This document shows, piece after piece, positions 36,452 to 43,056 of a DNA stretch of 43,056 bases. Within the stretch, counting starts at the first letter, position 1. Every line of letters begins with the position of its first letter. The notes under the pieces are model-generated. The model was not told the origin of the DNA, ran no database searches, and saw only the letters and a program-made list of their open reading frames with translations. A program made the position numbers and the translations under genes. Origin of the DNA: Flavobacteriales bacterium (lineage in GTDB: Bacteria > Bacteroidota > Bacteroidia > Flavobacteriales > Flavobacteriaceae). Where the stretch lies: assembly GCA_038212575.1 (NCBI GenBank), contig JBBQUI010000001.1, positions 1 through 43,056 of the forward strand. Direction: 5' to 3'.

Positions 36452-37696
36452 CTATTTCGAGGAATCTTCAAACTCACATTTAATACCCGCTTTTTGTAAA
36501 TCTTCCCAAAAAGAAGGGTACGATTTTGAAACTACTTCGGCGTCTTTTATTATGAGATCAGTTTTTACCGCGAGGGGCGCAAAAGCCATAGCCATACGGT
36601 GGTCCTGATAGGTTTCAATGGTTTTATTGATGTGAATTTGTGAAGCTATTTCGAGATTTAATGAATTATCGTCCACTTGAATCGTGGCACCGAGTTTTTC
36701 CAATTCATTTTTTAAAGCTGAAAGCCTGTCGGTTTCTTTGATCTTTAAAGTATGAAGACCGGTAAGTTTGCAACCAATGCCCAAACCGAAACAAGTTACT
36801 GCAATAGTCTGCGCCAAATCTGGAGTGTCTGACAGGTCGAGCAAAAGTGAATCTGGAAGTTCTGTATTTTTTTTTGAAAGTGAAATGGTGTTTTCAGAAA
36901 TATTGAAAATAGTTTTAACTCCCAAGGAATCGTAAATCTGCACCAAAGCGGAATCGCCCTGAAGACTTTCTTTTGAAAAACTTCCGAGAGTTATTTCAAA
37001 ACTTTCTGAAAGAGCAACCAAACTGTAAAAATAGGACGCCGAGCTCCAATCAGACTCTACAATTAAAACAGTTTTTTCAACATTTTTTTCTGAAGGAATT
37101 GTAATTTCATTTTTGTTGAAATTGCCTTTTACCCCAATTCTTTTCAGCAATGAAAGCGTCATTTCAATATACGGCACCGAAGTGGATTTTCCTTCCAAGG
37201 AAATTTTAAGACCATTGGGAAACATAGGCGCAACAAGCATCAGCGCTGAAACATACTGACTGCTAACATTAGCTTTGATTTTCACTTCTTTTTTTTGAAG
37301 CGATTTGCCTTTAATCTTTAAAGGCGGAAAACCTTTATTTGAAAGGTATTCAATATCTGCACCCAAGCTTTTTAGCGCATCCACCAAAATTCCGATGGGG
37401 CGTTCCTGCATACGCTTACTTCCGGTGAGTATTATTTCGGCTCCTTCTTTTGCAGCAAAATAAGCAGTCAGAAAACGCATAGCGGTTCCAGCGTGGTGAA
37501 CGTCTACTATTTCATTTGTTAATTTCAGCCCTTTTTGAAGCACGGAGGTATCATCACTTTCGGAAAGATTTTCAATGGAAATATTTGGAAATTGCGCTTG
37601 TAAAATCAGCATTCGGTTGGATTCGCTTTTGGAACCTCCAATATTAATCTCTATGTTTTCTAACGGAAAATCTCCACGTTTGAGAATGGCCTTCAT
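36452..37696 (-). CDS. aroA: 3-phosphoshikimate 1-carboxyvinyltransferase (EPSP synthase)
   Basis: GSKSESNR, AGTAMRFL, SSQYVSAL, DWSSASY, KETDR, DHRMAMAF, KSYPSFW. Confidence 0.97.
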   Translation of the reverse strand: MKAILKRGDFPLENIEINIGGSKSESNRMLILQAQFPNISIENLSESDDTSVLQKGLKLTNEIVDVHHAGTAMRFLTAYFAAKEGAEIILTGSKRMQERPIGILVDALKSLGADIEYLSNKGFPPLKIKGKSLQKKEVKIKANVSSQYVSALMLVAPMFPNGLKISLEGKSTSVPYIEMTLSLLKRIGVKGNFNKNEITIPSEKNVEKTVLIVESDWSSASYFYSLVALSESFEITLGSFSKESLQGDSALVQIYDSLGVKTIFNISENTISLSKKNTELPDSLLLDLSDTPDLAQTIAVTCFGLGIGCKLTGLHTLKIKETDRLSALKNELEKLGATIQVDDNSLNLEIASQIHINKTIETYQDHRMAMAFAPLAVKTDLIIKDAEVVSKSYPSFWEDLQKAGIKCEFEDSSK

Positions 37697-37935
37697 CGCC
37701 CAGAATCTTTTTCTTTCAACTTGGCCCTGAATTTCCCAAAGGTTACAAAAAAGCCATAAACAAAGCCCGCAAGCAGAATAGTAAGTATAAACATCACAGG
37801 ATTTCTTTCGGTAAAATATGCTATATCAAAACCTTCAATGGCCCATTTTATAAATGTGAAAAGCACAGCAAAAGCAATTGCCAACGAAAAGACTGATTTC
37901 CAAAAACCTTTTGTGTTTATTACCCTTTTGAACAT
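37693..37935 (-). CDS. Small two-TM membrane protein
   Basis: Two hydrophobic segments; tightly packed between its neighbours. Confidence 0.8.
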   Translation of the reverse strand: MFKRVINTKGFWKSVFSLAIAFAVLFTFIKWAIEGFDIAYFTERNPVMFILTILLAGFVYGFFVTFGKFRAKLKEKDSGR

Positions 37936-38262
37936 TTATTTCAGCTTTTTGTTACTGTGATGCCTCTCGTGATCGCGTTTGGTTTTAAGCTCCAATTTTT
38001 TTTTGAATGCTTCCTCAAGATCAACGCCGGTTTGATTGGCGAGGCAAAGAACCACAAAAATAACATCTGCAAGTTCTTCGCCCAAATCTTTATTCTTGTC
38101 GGTTTCCTTTTCGCTCTGTTCGCCGTAACGTCGGGCGATAATACGCGCAACTTCTCCCACTTCTTCGGTGAGTTGCGCCATATTGGTAAGCTCATTGAAG
38201 TAGCGGACTCCGTGTTCCTGTATCCAGGCATCAACTGCTTTTTGTGCGTTTTTAATATCCAT
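37936..38262 (-). CDS. MazG-like nucleotide pyrophosphohydrolase (YpjD-like)
   Basis: LTEEVGEVAR, GEELADV all-alpha NTP-PPase motif. Confidence 0.93.
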   Translation of the reverse strand: MDIKNAQKAVDAWIQEHGVRYFNELTNMAQLTEEVGEVARIIARRYGEQSEKETDKNKDLGEELADVIFVVLCLANQTGVDLEEAFKKKLELKTKRDHERHHSNKKLK

Positions 38263-40280
38263 TATGCCTTTGAAAGTACAACTTTTTCGTTTTCCTTCGC
38301 AATTAAAAGTTCATAGAATTTTTTCAAATTTCCATATTCTTCAGCGCCTATGAAGGATTTATTTATGGAAAACTCTACTGATAGTTGCAGTTTGTTGCCC
38401 ACTTGTGTAATTAAATAGCGAAAGCTTCCGGTATCTTCACCTAAATTGAATACTGCGTTTTCGGGCATCGACTCAACTTTATATCCTTCGGGTACGGTTA
38501 TGTTTATAATATAGCGATCCTTCATTGGGTAACCAAAATCAATTGGATAGTCGCGAGTTTCGGGTTTAAAGGGACTTTCCTTTGTAGCCATAAAGACCAT
38601 TGGCGAAAAATATAGTTTTCCCGCCACATCTTCCACCGCGTCAATAGATTCAAAATCATAATCCAAAGAAACCGGTTTTCCCGCGGTTTCCAAGTTTTCA
38701 AAATGCAATGCGGAAAGTTCCACTTGGCCACTGTTTTTTTCTATTGCTTTTCGCTGTGCATCTTCATTTAAGCTTTTAAATTCTGTTCTGTATTGAAAAG
38801 CGTAATTTCCTGTGAACCTGTTTTGTGCTTTTCCGGAAACGGACATATCCGGTTTGATTTCAGCATTTACCATTGCGCTCTTTACTGCGGGAGTTTGGGG
38901 GCTCAGAGAAACCCAGGCAGAAGTACCGTCTTTCTTTATAATTCGACCTTGCCAGTTCATTATGCTGGATCTTAAAACTCCTATTTCTGCATCTTTGTTA
39001 GTTGCGTCAAGCAGTAAAACACCTTGTGGAAGTTCAACCCCAGCAATCACGTAGTTGAAACCATTTCGGGTTGGAAACAAAGGAATTCCATGCGAGGTAG
39101 TGCTCACCAAAACAGGGTTGGCCTGCAAGTTAGCGTAGCGCAACATTGCTATTAGCATTAGGTTTATGTCTGCAACATTTCCGGAGCCTTTTTTATAGGC
39201 TGTTTTAACGCCTTCATTTGTGTAATATCCATTAAAGCCATTCCAGCTCATTTTGTTTATAACATATGAAAAAATACGTGCTGTCTTTTCTTCAGGACTG
39301 CTTAAGCCATTTAAAAGATTTTTTAAATCGTCTTCAAAATAATTGTTTCGCTCCAACTCTGCTCCAAACAAATCAACTTTATAAATACCTTTGGAAACAT
39401 CTTCCCAAGTGGTTGAGTAAGTTCTTAAAGGGCTTCCCGGAAAATCCATATAGCTCATTTCAAACTGAAGGGCGGTAGCGTAATTATTTATATTCCCAGC
39501 ATAAGCCTCTTCTTTAATGGCAGGAACGTTATCCAATTCTATAGTATAAATATCCTCTTTAAATTTTACCTCCCTAGTTGAAGTCTGAGGAATTCCGGGG
39601 CCCTGCAAAGCTGTCAAATCCTGGGTTGTCTGCCGGTAAGACATTGTTCTATCTTGTGATTTAGTATCAACTTTGTAGGGAATCCAACCCCTTTGGTGCG
39701 TTTTATAAGCAAAATATTCCGGTGATGAGAAAACCACTTTTACCTTATCAACAGGAATCGTTTCCTGAAATTTAAACTCATCAATATTAAAAATAAAAGG
39801 AGAGTTGATAGTGTATTTGTATTCAATAATACAACCCTCCCGCACGCCGGGCATCGTAATCTTTGTTTGGGAAAGATATTTGGTGGTTTCCTCCTCAAAA
39901 ATACCGTCGTTTTTCAGTTTTACTTCTTCCACTTTTTCATCGGCTCCTAAATAATATGTATAGCCCTTTAGACCCAAAAGTTTGTCTTCACCTTCGCCTT
40001 TGTAAAGATCTATAGTGGCATTGGCGCGCTCAAAACCTTCTTTGGTATAAATTTTTATACGCTCAAGGTAGTCTGTAACCATATACCATCCAGCATCCTG
40101 TGTATATTGAAACTCGGTTTTGGTTTCTCTGTAAAGCACAGCAGCATCTGCCGTTGGATCTGTGGGGTGTTGCTTTTGGAGCAATTCTTCTTTGGATACT
40201 TTTCCAAATTTATAATTTTGGCCCATTGATACATTCAAAAAGCAAAAAATCGCAATAATTGTTAGTATGGTTGGTTTCAT
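38262..40280 (-). CDS. DUF3857/transglutaminase-like exported protein, apparently catalytically degenerate
   Basis: Signal peptide, FGKVSKEEL, ERIKIY, GCIIEYKY; GSGNVADINL in place of the G-x-C motif, FNYVIA, LLDAT. Confidence 0.88.
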   Translation of the reverse strand: MKPTILTIIAIFCFLNVSMGQNYKFGKVSKEELLQKQHPTDPTADAAVLYRETKTEFQYTQDAGWYMVTDYLERIKIYTKEGFERANATIDLYKGEGEDKLLGLKGYTYYLGADEKVEEVKLKNDGIFEEETTKYLSQTKITMPGVREGCIIEYKYTINSPFIFNIDEFKFQETIPVDKVKVVFSSPEYFAYKTHQRGWIPYKVDTKSQDRTMSYRQTTQDLTALQGPGIPQTSTREVKFKEDIYTIELDNVPAIKEEAYAGNINNYATALQFEMSYMDFPGSPLRTYSTTWEDVSKGIYKVDLFGAELERNNYFEDDLKNLLNGLSSPEEKTARIFSYVINKMSWNGFNGYYTNEGVKTAYKKGSGNVADINLMLIAMLRYANLQANPVLVSTTSHGIPLFPTRNGFNYVIAGVELPQGVLLLDATNKDAEIGVLRSSIMNWQGRIIKKDGTSAWVSLSPQTPAVKSAMVNAEIKPDMSVSGKAQNRFTGNYAFQYRTEFKSLNEDAQRKAIEKNSGQVELSALHFENLETAGKPVSLDYDFESIDAVEDVAGKLYFSPMVFMATKESPFKPETRDYPIDFGYPMKDRYIINITVPEGYKVESMPENAVFNLGEDTGSFRYLITQVGNKLQLSVEFSINKSFIGAEEYGNLKKFYELLIAKENEKVVLSKA

Positions 40281-40293
40281 TTGGTGTAGGTGT

Positions 40294-42195
40294 TTATTGT
40301 ATATTTTGTTTTAAAAGTATTTTTGTTTTGTCCAGCCGGGCGATGGATCGCAAAAAATCTCGGTAATTTTCATATTCAGAAGGAGGATACTCGCCTTTGT
40401 TAATGAGTATTTTTCGACTGTAGATTAATTTGTTCTCAGAAGTTTTGCTGAAACCCATTTCATATTTTCCGAATTTGGTTTCCAAAATGGTTTCTTCCGG
40501 AAGCCCATCTATCTCAAAATTTTCAGGTATTTCTACTTCTACCGTATCAACATCAACATATCCGGTTCCTATAAAAAGATTTTGTTTTCGATTTTCAATG
40601 CGCGGCGGAATGTATTGGTTTTGGTTGAAAATATTGGCGCAGAAAAGATAATCGCTGCCCACGGCATTTGCATAATTGGGAATGTTTAGCGATAAATTTT
40701 CAGTGAAAACTACTTCCTCCCTATCGTTATTCAATTTCACATCGGTTATGGAAAAGCCATTGATGTAGCTCCATCTGTTTTTGTATTTTTCGTCCAAATC
40801 TTCCTTTTTTTCTTTCGGAAGCAAATACTTGTCATCATACTGAAGCCCTCTGGAAATACCTTGAAAACTGGCAGTTACGTTTCCTTCTTTATCAACTTTT
40901 ACTTTTGAAATATTTTCTTGGGAATTTTCTTCGGTTTTGTAAATTTTTGTATGTGCAATTTTCCCTCCTTCGGGAGTAATTATCAATACATCCCTATCGT
41001 CAGTAAAATCGCCAATAAACCCATACGGTGCATCTTGACTTGTACATTCCAGCCATGTCATTTCTTCCCCATCGGGAATGGCCAAAATCATATGGTTTCC
41101 CTGTAGCGACGAAAAATCTGAAACAATATTTCGTTCACTGGTATCGCCATACAATATGGTATAATAGGAAGGAACGCCAACAGCTTCAAGCATAGCTTTT
41201 GTGTAATTTGTCAATGCCTTGCAATCGCCATAACTCAGTTTATCAACCTCTGAAGCCAACATAGGTTTCCAACCGCCAATGCCAATCTGGATGCTTACGT
41301 AACGCACTTTGTCTTGAAGGAATTGATAAATTTTTCGAGCCTTCCCTTCATTGGTCGTTTCATTTGCAACAAGGCTTTTTATTCGTGCCAATGTGCCTTC
41401 CGGCAAATCACGAACATCTGAAAGCAAACTTTTGTCCATCCAACTTCCAAATTGCTGCCAATCCTTGCCTGAGCCAGAAGTACCTTTCAACCTAAAATTG
41501 TCAAGTGCGATGGTTACGTTTGGAAAAATATCGCTAGGCGAAGGACTGTGTTCCTCATATCGAATTGTAGTAAGATTTGATGCCGAAAAAGTGATTTCCT
41601 CAGGAGTTTCAGAAATTGTTATATCCCAACCTTCCAGATTTTTGGACTTGTATTTTGGTTTGTTTAATGGATCATACTTAATCTTTAAAACACTTTTTTG
41701 GGTACTTTCAGCATATCCGCTTAAAGGATACCAAGGGCCTATGAATGCAGAATCACCCGTTTCGGTTTCGCTGTCAAAAACTACAATATAAGGATAGGTT
41801 GTTGGAGTATATTTTAAATACAACGCTCGCGAATCCATGTACATATTATTGCCCGTGCGGCTCACGTCCATAAAATCTTTCTTTTTAAAGTGCTCAATTT
41901 CCTTTCCCAAGGCATTGTAGATTCGCACTTCAACATCCTTAACCCGCGAGTTTTCATTATAATATTCATAAAGGTTGGTATCTTCATCACCAAGTTTGTT
42001 AAAAACCGCGATAACCCGGTGCGCTTTTTCCTTCATTTTGCCTACGTCGGTAACATCAATTTCAACCAATTCATCAATCAAAACACTGTTGGAATATTCT
42101 ATAAGCTCTTTTTTAATGGAGGCTATGGAATAGTCCTTTTGGGCATAAATATGAACTGAACAAAGAAGTACTGCCAAGCAAAAAATGATTTTCAT
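40294..42195 (-). CDS. DUF3857/transglutaminase-like exported protein with intact Cys-His
   Basis: VRYVSIQIGIGGWKP, YGDCKAL, NHMILAI, WLECT. Confidence 0.9.
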   Translation of the reverse strand: MKIIFCLAVLLCSVHIYAQKDYSIASIKKELIEYSNSVLIDELVEIDVTDVGKMKEKAHRVIAVFNKLGDEDTNLYEYYNENSRVKDVEVRIYNALGKEIEHFKKKDFMDVSRTGNNMYMDSRALYLKYTPTTYPYIVVFDSETETGDSAFIGPWYPLSGYAESTQKSVLKIKYDPLNKPKYKSKNLEGWDITISETPEEITFSASNLTTIRYEEHSPSPSDIFPNVTIALDNFRLKGTSGSGKDWQQFGSWMDKSLLSDVRDLPEGTLARIKSLVANETTNEGKARKIYQFLQDKVRYVSIQIGIGGWKPMLASEVDKLSYGDCKALTNYTKAMLEAVGVPSYYTILYGDTSERNIVSDFSSLQGNHMILAIPDGEEMTWLECTSQDAPYGFIGDFTDDRDVLIITPEGGKIAHTKIYKTEENSQENISKVKVDKEGNVTASFQGISRGLQYDDKYLLPKEKKEDLDEKYKNRWSYINGFSITDVKLNNDREEVVFTENLSLNIPNYANAVGSDYLFCANIFNQNQYIPPRIENRKQNLFIGTGYVDVDTVEVEIPENFEIDGLPEETILETKFGKYEMGFSKTSENKLIYSRKILINKGEYPPSEYENYRDFLRSIARLDKTKILLKQNIQ

Positions 42196-42282
42196 CCGAA
42201 TAAAATATTTGTGAAATTAGGAAGATGGAATGCCCAAACCATACCTTTTAATTAATTTGAAAATTTTAAATGGGCATTTCAT
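42192..42282 (-). promoter_or_regulatory. Second copy of the ~90-nt 5' leader (uORF MKCPFKIFKLIKRYGLGIPSS, 42217-42282)
   Basis: Aligns to 20172-20261; contains an ATGAAATGCCCA...TGGGCATTCCAT stem. Confidence 0.55.
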
Positions 42283-42345
42283 GAAATCTTATTAATGTTT
42301 GGCAATATAGAAATTTCCGAAAGGTTAAAAAAATGTTAAAGGAAC

Positions 42346-42798
42346 TTATTCTCTTCTTTTTGAATCGATCCAAATTGTGACGGGGCCGTTATTAATAAGT
42401 GCAACGTCCATCATCGCTCCGAAGCTTCCAGTTTTAACCTTCTTATTTGTTTCATTTTCAAGCTGAAGGAGAAATTTTTTATAAAGTGGAATGGCGATTT
42501 CGGGCTTTGCGGCATTTATGAAAGAAGGCCGATTTCCCTTTTTAGTATTTGCGTGAAGTGTAAATTGGCTTACTACTAAACAATCGCCATCAACATCTTG
42601 CACTGAAAGATTCATAGCATCATTTTCATCTGAAAAAATCCGCAAACGGGCAATTTTTCCAGCTAACCATTTGAAGTCTTCTTGAGTATCCTCGGCTTCA
42701 ATTCCCAATAAAATTAGCAGTCCCTGATTTATTTCAGAAAAAATATTTCCTTCAATGGTTACGGATGCTTTTTTTACTCTTTGGATTAAAACGCGCAT
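42346..42798 (-). CDS. dtd: D-aminoacyl-tRNA deacylase
   Basis: [31 protein letters not shown]. Confidence 0.98.
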   Translation of the reverse strand: MRVLIQRVKKASVTIEGNIFSEINQGLLILLGIEAEDTQEDFKWLAGKIARLRIFSDENDAMNLSVQDVDGDCLVVSQFTLHANTKKGNRPSFINAAKPEIAIPLYKKFLLQLENETNKKVKTGSFGAMMDVALINNGPVTIWIDSKRRE

Positions 42799-42896
42799 TT
42801 AGATTATTGGATTGTTAGATTCTTAGATTATTGGATTGTTAGATTATTGGATTGTTAGATTATTGGATTCTTAGATTGTTGGATTGTTGGATTATT
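42799..42896. repeat. 8-mer tandem array (AGATTATT/GGATTGTT/AGATTCTT), about 12 units, abutting the dtd start
   Basis: ttagattattggattgttagattcttagattattggattgttagattattggattgtt... Confidence 0.92.
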
Positions 42897-42915
42897 TGTT
42901 TCTATTGATGCTGCA

Positions 42916-43056
42916 GAGTCTATTCAATTAAGTGTGTCAATTTATAATTTAATAAATTAGACATATGAAAAGTACAGAAATTAATTTGGACATGGAAGCC
43001 CTCATCAAACAAATGGGTGATGAGCTTCGTTCTGGCAAGCCTCTTACCGGAGCTGG
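42916..43056 (+). mobile_element. Left end of a probable IS256-family insertion sequence (truncated by window end)
   Basis: Candidate terminal IR GAGTCTATTCAATTAAGTGTGTCAA followed by an ORF whose N-terminus resembles Bacteroidota IS256 transposases; only 30 codons visible. Confidence 0.65.
42965..43056 (+). CDS. Partial probable IS256-family transposase (MKSTEINLDMEALIKQMGDELRSGKPLTGAG...)
   Basis: Hand translation, open to window end; LRSGKPLTG resembles the N-terminal motif of IS256 transposases. Confidence 0.62.
   Translation, partial: MKSTEINLDMEALIKQMGDELRSGKPLTGA

Noticed and set aside
42799-42896. Possible CRISPR array (also considered for 1-54 and other arrays)
   Set aside because: Units are 7-8 nt with no unique spacers, and there are no cas genes

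Overview
A Bacteroidota (Flavobacteriaceae-like) chromosomal window, mostly on the minus strand. It holds the dcw cluster (mraZ-rsmH-ftsL-ftsI-murE-mraY-murD-ftsW-murG-murC-ftsQ-ftsA-ftsZ, then a YqeY gene), an alpha/beta hydrolase and engB, gldB/gldC, nadE, an atypical LuxR-type response regulator, dnaG, an ECF sigma/anti-sigma/outer-membrane barrel triad, a polyprenyl synthase, rlmN, a T9SS serine protease, queA, aroA, a MazG-like gene, two DUF3857/transglutaminase-like genes, dtd, and the left end of a probable IS256 element at the edge. Four things stand out. (1) A three-gene accessory module at 28.7-32.3 kb: an alkaline-phosphatase-superfamily/TPR/sulfotransferase fusion, an unannotated 51-aa peptide resembling a free-standing PEP-CTERM-type tail, and a divergent T9SS cargo protein. 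(2) A four-helix-bundle (23S rRNA IVS protein family) gene inside the dcw operon, bracketed by inverted 7-mer arrays, with many related gene-less 7/8-mer arrays at other gene junctions. (3) REP-like palindromes, some nested and some inserted in frame in genes. (4) A shared ~90-nt leader in front of gldB and a DUF3857 gene. Family assignments come from recognising motifs by eye; no database searches were run.
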